Below, piece by piece: positions 39,866-50,906 of a stretch of DNA of 64,000 nucleotides. The stretch comes from Candidatus Poribacteria bacterium (GTDB taxonomy: Bacteria; Poribacteria; WGA-4E; JAJDTR01), in contig CBDCTK010000002.1 of NCBI GenBank assembly GCA_965222225.1, positions 992,001-1,056,000 of the forward strand, given 5' to 3'. Both the position numbers and the translations under genes were made by a program. Numbering within the stretch: the first letter of the stretch is position 1; every line of letters starts with the position of its first letter. Under the pieces are notes generated by a model. It was not told the origin of the DNA and made no database searches. It worked only from the letters and a program-made list of their open reading frames with translations.

Positions 39866-40406
39866 ATAGAAAACACCTTTCCTCCATTTCTAAGTATACT
39901 ATATCACACTGGTCAACTTTTCACAATGCCCAATACTTTGTGGGCATGGGAACCCGTTTCGATTGGTTCACACTATCGTCTAGCACATATGGCGAAGGAC
40001 TGTTGAGTCGCCGAATATTTCAGTTCCCAATGAAAAAAGCATCCTCCCTAGGCTCAAGAATCAAGCAAGCATGTCGGAACCCACTTCGACCGAAGTTGCC
40101 AGCATTCGCTTGGGGATAGTCCGGCTCAGCCGCATCTAACTCGCCATTGGGCTGTGTCAAGCGCGGGATAGGACATATTGATATTGTCGCTCAAATGTCA
40201 CTACTGTCGTAGGAACGACGCACTCCCTGTTAATTAGAGGCCCGCACTTGCCTCTGATTCATTATAATAGCGATTATTGGCAATTGGTCTGTGTTTTGCA
40301 TAAAACCAACTTAGCTTCTAGCGAAGTCGCAAAGTGCTTTTAAGCTATTGTGCCTACATGCCAGCTTAAATTGGATAATCCAATCCCGACGTGATATAAT
40401 AGGATC

Positions 40407-40434
40407 TTGACTTGTGTTAAAAACTGGCTATAAT
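40407..40434 (+). promoter_or_regulatory. Probable sigma70 promoter for the lipoprotein-FadL pair
   Basis: TTGACT-16 nt-TATAAT. Confidence 0.55.
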
Positions 40435-40522
40435 TCGCTACCGCAATGGCGATCAAATCAACATCGCCGGAAAATAAACCGCTTTGGGATTGACATTTCA
40501 ACATTTGATGGGGGAAGAAACC

Positions 40523-41083
40523 ATGAAACTCAGATTTGCCATCACAGCTGTGTTGTTGGTAGCACCCATTTTTCTTGTTGGGTGTTATACACAGCTTGCG
40601 TACAATACAGCCTCGCGGATAACACCCCGAGGGACAAATCAACATGATGAAGCCAAGACATTGAACGAAAATGAAGACAATGGAGATGGCCAAACTGGTG
40701 TAGAGCATCAATCAGAAACGGAGGAGGAGGGATATTACGGACGCCGTAAGCGAACTTACGATCGTCACATTCCGTATTACGACGGATACTATTTTTCGGA
40801 CCCTTACCCATACTACTCTTACCATCCCTACTACCAAAATTATGGATATCGGAACTCTTATTGGTATGGTCGGAGGCATCATCGCGATTACTCACCCCGT
40901 TACTACAAGAACCGGGACTTTCACCAGGGCGATAGACGCTCACGAAGTCATCGAGGCGTTGATTCTCAACGCTCGTCATCCAACAGACCAAGCCAAAAGA
41001 TGGACCGCGAATTAGATAGGACCTCTCCAAAGGAGGATAGTTCAAGACATAGGGAATTAAGAAGATATCAAAGGAGGCATTAA
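40523..41083 (+). CDS. Lipoprotein with Tyr-rich then Arg/Ser-rich low-complexity tail
   Basis: MKLRFAITAVLLVAPIFLVGC lipobox, YYDGYYFSDPYPYYSYHPYY segment, basic C-terminus. Confidence 0.75.
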   Translation: MKLRFAITAVLLVAPIFLVGCYTQLAYNTASRITPRGTNQHDEAKTLNENEDNGDGQTGVEHQSETEEEGYYGRRKRTYDRHIPYYDGYYFSDPYPYYSYHPYYQNYGYRNSYWYGRRHHRDYSPRYYKNRDFHQGDRRSRSHRGVDSQRSSSNRPSQKMDRELDRTSPKEDSSRHRELRRYQRRH

Positions 41084-41088
41084 TTTCA

Positions 41089-42411
41089 ATGATGAGAAAA
41101 CTGAATTACATAATCTCAAAACACGCAGCTTGGAAGACAATCTACGTCCTGTCCTTAATTCTGTTCATTACAACGTTTGTTCTCACCCTACCTAGTCTCG
41201 CTCAGGTTGAGGAAATTGCTATCGGTAATACTTTCGGCGTTGGTGCGAGGGCGATGGGTATGGGAGGCGCGTTTCTTGGCACTGCAGACGATTTGACAGC
41301 GCTCTACTGGAATCCTGCGGGGTTAGCCCAAATTCGGAAATTCGAGTTGTATGGCAGCATGTCTCACCACGACACTAACTCTGAAACGCAATTTGCCGGG
41401 ACACGTCCGATTAACGCCAGCCGGTCAAAGACTCGGCCCAATTCCGCGGGGATAGTCTATCCACTAGGTGCGAGGCGTGGTGGTTTCGCTATCGGGTTAG
41501 GATATAACCGTGCACAGAACTTCGACTCTCGAATTGTTATTCAGGGAATAGATCCCTCTGACGACACAACTTTTGGCGGTCTTGACGTAGATGAAACTAA
41601 CAGCGACCGCGGAGGTATTGGAATTTGGAGTTTCGGTGCGGGAGTTTTTATCTCACAAAATATCATACTCGGCGCATCTATGGACTTCTGGCACGGAACA
41701 TATATCAACGAGTTAGATAGCATTGCAACCGACGTGAGTAACATTGATGCTGAATTAGCCGGTTTCGCATTCCATGACACCATCGACCGTGAATACTTTG
41801 GTGTCGGCGGCAGAATTGGGCTGCTTGCTTACGTCACTGAAAATGTAACTCTCGGTCTTACTGCCGTTGCTCCAATGGACATTGAGGTGGATGAGCTGTG
41901 GCGGGAAGAAACCGATGTGATTTTTGATGATGGTGAATCAGAAAGGGATTCCGACCAGGGGTCAATACTTTTCGATATTGAAAGACCGTTTGAACTCGGT
42001 GCGGGAATCGCCGTGAAACTTCTGCAAAAGTGTTTGACACTAGCTAGTGACATTCAATTCACCGATTGGACACAGACACAATATAGCGCGCCACCATCGG
42101 AAGATGTGTCCAGAGATAACTTCGAGCGGTTCTATGACAAGACGGTTCAGATTCGCGTTGGTGCAGAATATCAAATCAAGAAAATTGATGCCTACACTCG
42201 TGTGGGTTATTTGTATGACCCTATCCCATTTAACGCAAAAGAAATTGACAACAATCGGAATTCCTTGACAATCGGCATTGGCAAAGTCTTCGACGAAGTT
42301 GTAAAGTTCGACATAGCGTATATACGCGGTTCGTGGAAACAATCGGTGGAATCACTTGCTACTACCCAGACATCGAATCGTCTGTTTGTGTCCGCAGCGT
42401 ATCGATACTGA
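41089..42411 (+). CDS. FadL/OmpP1-like outer-membrane beta-barrel
   Basis: GARAMGMGGAF...ADD..ALYWNPAGLA, R.GAEY, terminal aromatic YRY. Confidence 0.88.
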   Translation: MMRKLNYIISKHAAWKTIYVLSLILFITTFVLTLPSLAQVEEIAIGNTFGVGARAMGMGGAFLGTADDLTALYWNPAGLAQIRKFELYGSMSHHDTNSETQFAGTRPINASRSKTRPNSAGIVYPLGARRGGFAIGLGYNRAQNFDSRIVIQGIDPSDDTTFGGLDVDETNSDRGGIGIWSFGAGVFISQNIILGASMDFWHGTYINELDSIATDVSNIDAELAGFAFHDTIDREYFGVGGRIGLLAYVTENVTLGLTAVAPMDIEVDELWREETDVIFDDGESERDSDQGSILFDIERPFELGAGIAVKLLQKCLTLASDIQFTDWTQTQYSAPPSEDVSRDNFERFYDKTVQIRVGAEYQIKKIDAYTRVGYLYDPIPFNAKEIDNNRNSLTIGIGKVFDEVVKFDIAYIRGSWKQSVESLATTQTSNRLFVSAAYRY

Positions 42412-42472
42412 AATACGGTCATCATGGACAGACATACGCCACGAGCACTCACTCTTGCTGCTAATGCGGGGC

Positions 42473-42508
42473 AAAAAAAAGCGTTGACTGATACCATCAA
42501 TCAACGCT
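42473..42508 (-). terminator. Intrinsic terminator closing the alpha operon
   Basis: AGCGTTGATTGAT-GGT-ATCAGTCAACGC followed by T8 on the minus strand. Confidence 0.8.
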
Positions 42509-42546
42509 AGAAAAGTTTTATAGAAAGCAGAACTGCGATCTGGTCA

Positions 42547-42930
42547 TTATACCAATTGAATATAAGCCATCTGTGTCCCATCTCCACGCCTTAACTCACC
42601 CCGAATTATGCGGGTATACCCTCCATTTCGATCCTGATAACGCGGGCCTATTTCATCAAAGAGTTTTTGCAATACCGCATGTTTGCCTTGGCCATCTCCT
42701 TCATGCAAATTCGTCCCCATAATCATTCTGGCCACTTGGCGGCGCGCGTGCAAATCCCCTCGCTTCGCCAGCGTGATAAGCCGTTCGGCAACTCGCCTTA
42801 ATTCTTTGGACTTAGCCAATGTCGTCCGAATCTGTTCATGTTCAAATAGCGCCGTAGCCTGATTGCGGAATAACGCCTTACGATGGCTAGTTGTTCGCCC
42901 AAGTTTTCTTCCAGCTTTCCTATGTCGCAT
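42547..42930 (-). CDS. rplQ: 50S ribosomal protein L17
   Basis: [25 protein letters not shown]. Confidence 0.98.
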   Translation of the reverse strand: MRHRKAGRKLGRTTSHRKALFRNQATALFEHEQIRTTLAKSKELRRVAERLITLAKRGDLHARRQVARMIMGTNLHEGDGQGKHAVLQKLFDEIGPRYQDRNGGYTRIIRGELRRGDGTQMAYIQLV

Positions 42931-42956
42931 AATTCCCCGATTTTCCTTCCGTTCCG

Positions 42957-43916
42957 TTAATCTTCCTCATCATCAAGGACCATTCCGAGGGAAAGTCCCA
43001 TATTAGCCAGAAAATCCTTAATTTCATTCAAAGATTTTCGCCCGAAATTACGAAACTTCAACATATCTTGCTCGGTTTTTGCCACGAGATCCCGGATTGT
43101 TGTAATCTGTGCAGCTTCTAAACAATTTGAAGAACGTACGGAAAGTTCAAGTTCTGCGACGGGTTTTGACAAATATTTCTCGCGCTGCACTTTTTCTTCG
43201 TCAATTTCCTCAACCTGTTCAACATAGGTTTCATCAAAATCACTGAATAGCCGTAGTTGTTCCAACAAGATATCCGCGGCTTGGGTAACAGCTTCTTTTG
43301 CTGTAATGCTTGCGTCAGTCGATACCTCCAAAATCAAGCGGTCAAAGTTAGTCATATGCCCAACCCGTGTTTCTTCAACCCGGAAATTGACACGTTTCAC
43401 CGGCGAATACTTCGCATCAAGCGCAATTACGCCAATGGGCTGGTTTGAATCAGAGTGTTCTTCTGCATGTGCATAACCGCGTCCACGACGGACGTGCAAT
43501 TCTATGTTTAGGCCATCGCATTTGTCTAATGTCGCAATATATTGGTCAGGGTTAATAACCTCCACTTGGCTATTGGGCTGAATATCGGCGGCTGTAATCC
43601 CTCCGGCTCCGGCGGCTGAGAGGCGTAGAGTTACAGCCTCATCCGTGTGGACGAGGAATCGAATCTCTTTGAGATTAAGGAGAATCTGGATAACATCCTC
43701 CTTGACACCATCAATGGTCGAATATTCGTGTTTTATCCCCTCTATGGAAACAGAAACGACGACTGCTCCTTCGATAGACGAAAGCAGAACGCGTCGCAAT
43801 GAATTACCTAGGGTAATTCCAAATCCTCTCGCCAGTGGCTCGGCAATAAATTTGCCATAGTCCGGTCTCAGGCTTTCCAAGTCTGCCACAAGACGCTCTG
43901 GCTTCCTGATGTCCAT
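42957..43916 (-). CDS. rpoA: RNA polymerase subunit alpha
   Basis: [38 protein letters not shown]. Confidence 0.98.
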   Translation of the reverse strand: MDIRKPERLVADLESLRPDYGKFIAEPLARGFGITLGNSLRRVLLSSIEGAVVVSVSIEGIKHEYSTIDGVKEDVIQILLNLKEIRFLVHTDEAVTLRLSAAGAGGITAADIQPNSQVEVINPDQYIATLDKCDGLNIELHVRRGRGYAHAEEHSDSNQPIGVIALDAKYSPVKRVNFRVEETRVGHMTNFDRLILEVSTDASITAKEAVTQAADILLEQLRLFSDFDETYVEQVEEIDEEKVQREKYLSKPVAELELSVRSSNCLEAAQITTIRDLVAKTEQDMLKFRNFGRKSLNEIKDFLANMGLSLGMVLDDEED

Positions 43917-43944
43917 TTATGTTGTCCTTCCACGTAGGTATATG

Positions 43945-44574
43945 TTATTTGGAGTAAAGTTCAATTATTAACTGAGTTTGGATGTTGGCGGCAACCTGGT
44001 TTGCCTCCGGGTAACTTCGAATAATTCCCGTCCGTTTGTCAGCATGCAACTCTAGCCACTCAGGTGTGCCTGTCTGTTGTGCGTATTCTATTGCTTCTTG
44101 GAGCACACCTGCCTGGAGACTTTTCTCTCGGACTTCAATCTTGTCACCAACAGTCACCAAATAGGAAGGAATGTTGACCAATACTCCGTTTACTAGAAAA
44201 TGGTTATGCTTGACGAGTTGCCTCGCCTGTCGCCGCGATCTAGCAAAGCCAAAGCGAAAAACCACGTTATCCAACCGGCGTTCCAAAAGAACAATCAACG
44301 CGTCTCCAGTTATTCCCTTTTGGTGTTCGGCTTTATTGTAATAGTTGTGAAACTGCTTTTCTAAAGTGCCATAGATTCGCTTGGCTTTTTGTTTCGCACG
44401 TAACTGCTGCCGGTAGGCATCTTTTCCACGAATCGGCCTTTGGCCATGCTGTCCCGGAGGATAACCGCGACGCTCAAATGAACACTTTTGTGTATTGCAG
44501 CGTCGCCCTTTTAGGAAGAGTTTTTCGCCTTCCCTGCGGCACAATTTACAAACGGGACCTAAATATCTGCTCAT
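43945..44574 (-). CDS. rpsD: 30S ribosomal protein S4
   Basis: CKLCRREG, PPGQHG, LERRLDNVVFR, IELYSK. Confidence 0.98.
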   Translation of the reverse strand: MSRYLGPVCKLCRREGEKLFLKGRRCNTQKCSFERRGYPPGQHGQRPIRGKDAYRQQLRAKQKAKRIYGTLEKQFHNYYNKAEHQKGITGDALIVLLERRLDNVVFRFGFARSRRQARQLVKHNHFLVNGVLVNIPSYLVTVGDKIEVREKSLQAGVLQEAIEYAQQTGTPEWLELHADKRTGIIRSYPEANQVAANIQTQLIIELYSK

Positions 44575-44601
44575 TTTCTCCTTCGCAATTCATGATCGAA
44601 G

Positions 44602-44991
44602 TTAAACACGGCGCCGCTTGCGTGCACGACAGCCATTGTGAGGTATTGGGGTCACATCTTTCATTAACGTAACTTCAAGTCCTGCTGCTGAAAGCGCACG
44701 GATTGCAGATTCTCTTCCAGATCCCGGTCCTTTAACCCGCACCTCAACACGCCTCATTCCCTGTTCCATAGCCTTTTTCGCACATGCTTCTGCGGTCTGT
44801 TGTGCAGCAAACGGAGTGCTCTTTCGGGAACCTGGGAAACTCATCCCGGCACTTGCCCATGCAACTGTATCGCCGGAGGGATCCGTGATAGTAACAATTG
44901 TATTGTTGAACGTAGCCTGGATGTGGGCAACACCTTCCGGCACACCCTTCTTTTCTCTTCTTTTTGCTCGATTTGAAGAACCCAAAGACAC
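44602..44991 (-). CDS. rpsK: 30S ribosomal protein S11
   Basis: [28 protein letters not shown]. Confidence 0.98.
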   Translation of the reverse strand: MSLGSSNRAKRREKKGVPEGVAHIQATFNNTIVTITDPSGDTVAWASAGMSFPGSRKSTPFAAQQTAEACAKKAMEQGMRRVEVRVKGPGSGRESAIRALSAAGLEVTLMKDVTPIPHNGCRARKRRRV

Positions 44992-45021
44992 ACTCCTTTC
45001 ACGTTGAAGAATAAGTTAATA

Positions 45022-45417
45022 TCAACCAGTTTTGCGAGCTGCTTCCTTGGATTTTCTGCCCACAGAAATAGCTCTAGCTTTTCCTTTGCGTGTTCGCGCA
45101 TTAGTACTTGTTCGCTGACCGCGCACAGGTAACTGCCGACGATGACGCAATCCACGATAACTATTAATATCCATTAACCTTTTGAGGTTTTGATCGACTT
45201 CTCGTCGCAAATCGCCCTCAACCTTGTACTCTTGAGTAATTGTGGTTCTTATTTGACTAATCTCATCCTCAGCCAAACTGTCTACTTTTTTTCCTGGGTC
45301 AATGTTCAATTCGCGCACCAATTTCGATGCACTGTGACGACCAATCCCGTATATGTAGGTAAGAGCGATGTCAACCCGTTTATTTCGGGGCAAATCCACT
45401 CCTGCAATCCTTGCCAT
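45022..45417 (-). CDS. rpsM: 30S ribosomal protein S13
   Basis: [26 protein letters not shown]. Confidence 0.98.
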   Translation of the reverse strand: MARIAGVDLPRNKRVDIALTYIYGIGRHSASKLVRELNIDPGKKVDSLAEDEISQIRTTITQEYKVEGDLRREVDQNLKRLMDINSYRGLRHRRQLPVRGQRTSTNARTRKGKARAISVGRKSKEAARKTG

Positions 45418-45462
45418 GACCTTTCTCCTTTGAACTCACAATTGATAGTGTATTAGCTTCGG

Positions 45463-45579
45463 TCATCCTTGTCTCTGCTTGTGTTTCGGGTTCGAAGGAC
45501 AAATAACGCGAATGACGCCTTTTCTTTTTATGACCTTACACTGGTTACACATTTTCTTTACAGAGGCTTTAACCTTCAT
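45463..45579 (-). CDS. rpmJ: 50S ribosomal protein L36 (below the ORF-track cutoff)
   Basis: Manual translation [38 protein letters not shown]. Confidence 0.97.
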   Translation of the reverse strand: MKVKASVKKMCNQCKVIKRKGVIRVICPSNPKHKQRQG

Positions 45580-45613
45580 CGGCTTCCTTTTCCCTCTAAA
45601 CAGTTACAGCACT

Positions 45614-46987
45614 TCATCTCGAACGACGTCCCTTAATCCGTCGTCCCTTTATGAAACCCTCATAGCTCCGATCAGTCAAATGCGACTCAATCTGTGATAC
45701 TGTGTCCAACACGACTCCAACAACTATCAATACCGAAGCTCCGCTCACCATGGTCCCGATTTGCAACCAACGATCAAACATTATCGGAATCACCGAAATT
45801 GCAGCCAGAAAACAGGCGCCGGGCAGGGTAATCCGCGTTAACACGAAGTTGATGTGCTCAGCCGTTCGCTTACCCGGTCGAATTCCACCTTTTTCCAGAA
45901 TATGCGCACCGTGTTTTTTCAGTGTATCTGCCATGTCAACCGGGTTAATTTGTACTGCCGTATAAAAATAGGTAAAGGCGATAATCAGACCTGCGTATAA
46001 GGTCAAGTATACCGGATGACCCGGATTCCCCAAGACCCCTTGTAGCCCAAGCGCCCATCCCCAATCTTGTGGCAGAAAACCCAAGATTGTCCCAGGGAAT
46101 TGCATCAAAGTTACCGCAAATATTATTGGAATCATTCCTGCTGCATTGACGCGAAGCGGGAGATGGGTTCTCTGACCGCCATACATCCGTGTCCCTTTTA
46201 TTTGTCGTCCGTACTGAACAGGAATCTTTCGAACGGATTGAGTGATGAAAACCGTACCCATCACTGCAACAACAATCAGAGCTAGAAAGATAGCCAACTG
46301 TATTAAACCAAAGTTAGAATCGTTAATCAAGCGGCTAGTTATCGAGGAAACACCGCCTGGTACTGCTGCTACTATTCCAACCGTGATGATGAGTGAAATA
46401 CCTTGACCGATGCCTCTTTCCGTAATCTGCTCTCCAAGCCACATCACGAACGCAGTGCCAGCCATTAAGGTGATTACCGTTAAGAAATGAAAAGACCAAC
46501 TTTCATGCATAACGATATCTGCGTCTATGCCGAGGTTGCCAGGATTGCGTAATAGGAAACTGATCCCCAATCCCTGGACAGCGCTCAGGATGACAGTGCC
46601 ATAGCGCGTATACTGTGTGATTTTCTTGCGCCCATCCGGTTCCTTCGATAACTTCTCAAGAGAAGGTACAACAACAGCAAGAAGTTGCATGATTATCGAT
46701 GCACTAATGTATGGCTGGATGCCGAGCGCAAAGATTGTCATCTGGCTGAACGCTCCGCCAGAGAATAAGTCCACAAATCCAATCATGTTGCCGCCGGGAC
46801 GATCTGTCAATTGGTTAAAAAAAACTTCTAGTGCTTTGTCGTCGATACCCGGGATTGTGATGTGCGCCCCAAACCGGTAAACAATCAGCAGCAACGCTGT
46901 AAATATAATACGAGTTCGCAATTCCGGGATTTTGAACACATTCCGGAACGCTCTGATCAGCTGAGGCTTATCTTTCGAATTCATCAT
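45614..46987 (-). CDS. secY: Preprotein translocase SecY
   Basis: IFALGIQPYISASIIMQLL, WLGEQITERGIG, GIRPG..T. Confidence 0.98.
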   Translation of the reverse strand: MMNSKDKPQLIRAFRNVFKIPELRTRIIFTALLLIVYRFGAHITIPGIDDKALEVFFNQLTDRPGGNMIGFVDLFSGGAFSQMTIFALGIQPYISASIIMQLLAVVVPSLEKLSKEPDGRKKITQYTRYGTVILSAVQGLGISFLLRNPGNLGIDADIVMHESWSFHFLTVITLMAGTAFVMWLGEQITERGIGQGISLIITVGIVAAVPGGVSSITSRLINDSNFGLIQLAIFLALIVVAVMGTVFITQSVRKIPVQYGRQIKGTRMYGGQRTHLPLRVNAAGMIPIIFAVTLMQFPGTILGFLPQDWGWALGLQGVLGNPGHPVYLTLYAGLIIAFTYFYTAVQINPVDMADTLKKHGAHILEKGGIRPGKRTAEHINFVLTRITLPGACFLAAISVIPIMFDRWLQIGTMVSGASVLIVVGVVLDTVSQIESHLTDRSYEGFIKGRRIKGRRSR

Positions 46988-47101
46988 ACAATCATTGAAT
47001 AGGCAGGTACTATAACTTTAACTTTCTCGCGTGAGGGGCACGCACGGCGTTAATATCTTATCCGATTCGATCTAGGAAACAGATGCGGTTGGCTAAAAGA
47101 T

Positions 47102-47554
47102 TTACTGGGAGATTATCTCAGCCTTGCCGCCAATCTGCTGAATCTTTTCAATCGCCGACTTCGCGAAACTGTGCACACACACAGTCAACTGTTTTTCAAG
47201 GTCACCGTCGCCAAGAATTTTTACGCGCGCATTCCTGCGCTTCACCATACCTCTGTCGCTTAACATTTCGACTGTGACAATGGTGTTACTATCAAAGCGG
47301 TTCAGTTCCTTGACGTTTACTACATCATATTTAATACGTTTATGTTTAGTTACCGCCGGTCCACGCTTAGGAAGCCTTCTCACCAGAGGCATTTGTCCAC
47401 CCTCGAACCAAGCGGGAATAGATCCGCCAGAACGTGATTTCTGGCCCTTATGCCCCCGTCCACCGGTTTTACCCCAACCTGAAGCCTCGCCCCGTCCAAT
47501 TCGCTTCTTGGCTCGTTTTGAACTCCGGGCCGGTTTGAGCTCATTCAACTTCAT
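47102..47554 (-). CDS. rplO: 50S ribosomal protein L15
   Basis: GRGHKGQKSRSG, FEGGQMPL.RRLPKRG. Confidence 0.97.
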   Translation of the reverse strand: MKLNELKPARSSKRAKKRIGRGEASGWGKTGGRGHKGQKSRSGGSIPAWFEGGQMPLVRRLPKRGPAVTKHKRIKYDVVNVKELNRFDSNTIVTVEMLSDRGMVKRRNARVKILGDGDLEKQLTVCVHSFAKSAIEKIQQIGGKAEIISQ

Positions 47555-47570
47555 GACCATTAACTCCATT

Positions 47571-48104
47571 TCAATGAGTAGCCGACGGTGAACTCTCGCC
47601 GGTCAATTCCTCAACGCGTTTTCCGCGAAGGCGGGCGACATCGTTAACATCTTTCAAATTCTTTAGCCCCAACATTGTCGCCTCCGCAATGTTCTTCACA
47701 TTTCTAGATCCAAGGCGCTTAGTCAATACATCTTTAATCCCCACAAATTCCAGAATTGTCCGCGTCGCATGTCCGGCTACAATTCCAGTCCCAGGACTGG
47801 CTGGCTTCAGGAGAACCTTGGCCGCTTTGAATTTACTGAATATTTCATGCGGAATGGTACCTCCCATTAGCGGTACACGGATCAGATTCTTCTTGGCATC
47901 AGCAACACTTTTGCTAATCGCCGAAGGGACATCGTTAGCACTGCCGAACCCGATGCCAACAATACCTTCATAGTTTCCAACTGCGGAAAGGGCATTGAAA
48001 CTTGGTGTCCGTCCCCCTTTGCCCACACGCATTACACGATTAATCGCGATTGCACGCTCTTCAAATTCGGAATTTCCCGGATCTATTTTTTTAATTCGCA
48101 ACAA
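47571..48104 (-). CDS. rpsE: 30S ribosomal protein S5
   Basis: INRV...KGGR, TIPHE, LKPASPGTGIVAG. Confidence 0.97.
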   Translation of the reverse strand: MLRIKKIDPGNSEFEERAIAINRVMRVGKGGRTPSFNALSAVGNYEGIVGIGFGSANDVPSAISKSVADAKKNLIRVPLMGGTIPHEIFSKFKAAKVLLKPASPGTGIVAGHATRTILEFVGIKDVLTKRLGSRNVKNIAEATMLGLKNLKDVNDVARLRGKRVEELTGESSPSATH

Positions 48105-48162
48105 AATCCTCCTTTAGCAAAACCCAATATCTCGCTCTCCAATGTGTACAGTAAACGGTCTC

Positions 48163-48531
48163 CTAGAACTTCAATCCGCCTTCCCTAGCAGCATCTGCAA
48201 GAGCTTTTACTCTTCCATGATATAGGTTTCCGCCCCGATCAAACACAACAGACTCAATCTGAAATTCTTTAGCCCTGTGCGCAATCAGTGCGCCGACTTT
48301 TTGCGCGGCACTAGCATTGCCACCGCGCGAATTCCCCTTCCTCAATTCGGGTGCTAAGGTCGAGGCAGCAGCGACTGTGACACGATTTTCGTCATCAATA
48401 AGTTGAGCGTAAATATGATTGGCACTCTTAAAAACAGAAAGCCTTGGTCTTTGGTTTGTGCCAAACACCTTCTGTCGTACATGTCTTTTCCGTGCTATGC
48501 GTGCAAGTTTCTTTCTTTTGAGTCGATCCAA
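48163..48531 (-). CDS. rplR: 50S ribosomal protein L18
   Basis: [28 protein letters not shown]. Confidence 0.98.
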   Translation of the reverse strand: MDRLKRKKLARIARKRHVRQKVFGTNQRPRLSVFKSANHIYAQLIDDENRVTVAAASTLAPELRKGNSRGGNASAAQKVGALIAHRAKEFQIESVVFDRGGNLYHGRVKALADAAREGGLKF

Positions 48532-48575
48532 CGATTTTCCCCCCTAGTTCGCTCGGCGCGAACGTAGACCAAAGC

Positions 48576-49142
48576 TTACGCTTTCGCTTTACCTTCCTTC
48601 ATGCGAACACGTTCGCCATCATAACGAATGCCCTTGCAAGGTTGATATACCCCGGGCTTCTTGATTTGACGAATTGATGCAGCAACTTGACCAACGAGTT
48701 GCTTGTCAACACCACTCACGATGACAGGAATATGAAGCTGCCCATCCACGTTTTCGGTACTATCAACACGGATTGTGATTCCCTCTGGTGGATCGTATGT
48801 AACGGAATGGGAATATCCTACGTGCAACACCAATGACTTCTGATTGTTAATCTCTGCACGATACCCTGTGCCCACAACACGAAGTTTTTTCTCAAATCCG
48901 TCTGTGACTCCCTTTACCATATTCGCGATTAAACTTCGGGTAAGTCCATGTAACGATTTGTGTGCTTTCCGATTACTCAATCTCTCGACTTCAAGCCGAC
49001 CATCGTCCTTCTTCACTTTATTTCCTGCGGGAATTGTCCAATCTAGCTTTCCCTTGGGGCCCTCCACACTTATTCTTGAGCCGTCAAGGATGATTTCGAC
49101 ATTCGCCGGAACTTCAATGGGTATTTGGCCTATTCTTGACAT
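48576..49142 (-). CDS. rplF: 50S ribosomal protein L6
   Basis: MSRIG..PI, GPKG.L, DKQLVGQVAA.IR, KGIRY. Confidence 0.97.
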   Translation of the reverse strand: MSRIGQIPIEVPANVEIILDGSRISVEGPKGKLDWTIPAGNKVKKDDGRLEVERLSNRKAHKSLHGLTRSLIANMVKGVTDGFEKKLRVVGTGYRAEINNQKSLVLHVGYSHSVTYDPPEGITIRVDSTENVDGQLHIPVIVSGVDKQLVGQVAASIRQIKKPGVYQPCKGIRYDGERVRMKEGKAKA

Positions 49143-49174
49143 GATGTCTTTCCCTAAAATTCAACAAGTTACAC

Positions 49175-49573
49175 TTACCAAATATGGCACAAAACTTCGC
49201 CGCCAATTTTGGCAACTTGACATTGAGAAGCTGTCTGCACACCGTGAGACGTAGACAAGATAGCAATTCCTAGGTCGCCATGAACGCGAGGCAAATCGCC
49301 TACTCTGACATACACGCGGAGTCCGGGTTTACTGATTCGTTTTAGACCTGAAATAACCTTTTCTTGGTTATCGCCATACTTGAGGTAGATACGCAAAACC
49401 CCCTGCTTCCCATCTGTGATAAGACGATAATTCCGGATGTATCCTTCCTCGGTCAGGATTCGAGCAATTTCCGCCTTTATCCTAGAAGCGGGCAATTCGA
49501 CTCGTTCGTGGCTAACCATATTTGCATTGCGAATACGTGTTAACATATCCGCAATTGGATCTGTCATTGACAT
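49175..49573 (-). CDS. rpsH: 30S ribosomal protein S8
   Basis: [28 protein letters not shown]. Confidence 0.98.
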   Translation of the reverse strand: MSMTDPIADMLTRIRNANMVSHERVELPASRIKAEIARILTEEGYIRNYRLITDGKQGVLRIYLKYGDNQEKVISGLKRISKPGLRVYVRVGDLPRVHGDLGIAILSTSHGVQTASQCQVAKIGGEVLCHIW

Positions 49574-49588
49574 GTAACCTTCTCTCCT

Positions 49589-49774
49589 TCACCAACTAGC
49601 TTTTTTCACACCGGGGATTTTACATTCTCTAGCAAGTAGTCGAAAGCAAATGCGGCATAATTCAAATTTGCGAAGAAAACCACGAGGTCGTCCACAGACG
49701 CGGCAGCGATTGTATTGCCGAGTTCGGAATTTCGGAGTTCTTTTCTGTTTAGCAATAAGCGCTTTTGTTGCCAA
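49589..49774 (-). CDS. rpsN: 30S ribosomal protein S14 (61-aa zinc-binding type)
   Basis: RCRVCGRPR...LCRICFR...IPGVKKASW. Confidence 0.97.
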   Translation of the reverse strand: MATKALIAKQKRTPKFRTRQYNRCRVCGRPRGFLRKFELCRICFRLLARECKIPGVKKASW

Positions 49775-49883
49775 ATCGGTTGCTCCTAACTATTTGTTAT
49801 TTTTCCTTTAGTTACGATTAAAACTGCTTTACGATTGGAAGGCGACGTATCTATTGCGACCAAGCTACTAGATGTATTTAAGA

Positions 49884-50423
49884 TTACTCCCTAAAGGGCA
49901 TTCCTAATACCTTCAGCAACTCTCGTCCTTCCTCGTCTGTCTGAGCTGTTGTAACGATAGTTACGTTTAGCCCGCGAACTTCGTCTACTTGGTCATATTC
50001 GATTTCTGGGAAAATTAGTTGCTCTTGAAGACCTAACGAGTAATTGCCACGTCCATCGAACGCGTCGGGAGACAGACCACGAAAATCTCGAATTTGCGGC
50101 AGGACAGTATTGACAAGCCGGTTCAAAAATTCATACATGCGCGGGCGTCTCAAGGTGACTTTGCAGCCGATAGCAGCACCGGCACGGAGTTTGAAGTTTG
50201 CTACAGACTTCTTCGCCCGTGTGATAACTGCACGCTGACCGCCGATCTGCGTTAGTTCCTCAACCGCGCTTTCCAGCAGCTTCGGATTCTGCATCGCCGC
50301 ACCAAGTCCGACGTTCAGATTAATCTTGTCTAATCTGGGGATTTGCATCACATTAGGGTAATTGAACCGTTTTTGCAATGCAGGCACAACCTCTTCTTGA
50401 TAGAATGCTCTGAACTCGCTCAT
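49884..50423 (-). CDS. rplE: 50S ribosomal protein L5
   Basis: [34 protein letters not shown]. Confidence 0.98.
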   Translation of the reverse strand: MSEFRAFYQEEVVPALQKRFNYPNVMQIPRLDKINLNVGLGAAMQNPKLLESAVEELTQIGGQRAVITRAKKSVANFKLRAGAAIGCKVTLRRPRMYEFLNRLVNTVLPQIRDFRGLSPDAFDGRGNYSLGLQEQLIFPEIEYDQVDEVRGLNVTIVTTAQTDEEGRELLKVLGMPFRE

Positions 50424-50525
50424 TAATTCACGCTCTCTGCATAGTTTCGCCAAATCGTGCTGATTCGGAATCCAAAGATAGGCATTACATATTCCGCGCT
50501 AACTTCTGTATACGGTCCGAACAAG

Positions 50526-50876
50526 TTATTCTTGGTCCACAACCGCCCCACATTTTTTGCACACACGCAGGCGATATTTTTTTGTACGAGTCCCAACCTC
50601 TCGCTCAAAGACCTGTCGTTTTGTGCGAGTGGGAGAATTGCATTTAGGACAAACCAATTTCACGTTGGAAAGGTGAATCGTTCCTTCTTTTTCAACTACG
50701 CCACCTTGCCCCGTCTGGTTTGGGCGCATGTGCTGTTTAATCATCTGAACGCCTTCAACAACAGCGCGATCCTTGCTAGGGATAACTTCAAGAACTCTTC
50801 CCGTTTTTCCCTTGTCCTTTCCGCTTAACACCGACACGAAGTCATTGTCCTTTATGTGAAATTTCCTTGTTGACAC
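50526..50876 (-). CDS. rplX: 50S ribosomal protein L24 (with two CxxC pairs)
   Basis: V.VLSGKDKGK.G.V, EG.IHLSNV, CPKC...CKKC. Confidence 0.96.
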   Translation of the reverse strand: MSTRKFHIKDNDFVSVLSGKDKGKTGRVLEVIPSKDRAVVEGVQMIKQHMRPNQTGQGGVVEKEGTIHLSNVKLVCPKCNSPTRTKRQVFEREVGTRTKKYRLRVCKKCGAVVDQE

Positions 50877-50906
50877 TATCTCCTCCTAGACGAATAGTGA
50901 TTCTCG

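Noticed and set aside
40284-40300. Second sigma54-like element TTGGTCTGTGTTTTGCA
   Set aside because: TGGT rather than TGGC, and a sigma70 promoter lies closer to the gene.
39870-40400. Long intergenic region examined for tRNA, SRP, tmRNA or 6S RNA
   Set aside because: No recognisable conserved motifs; an Infernal scan would be needed.
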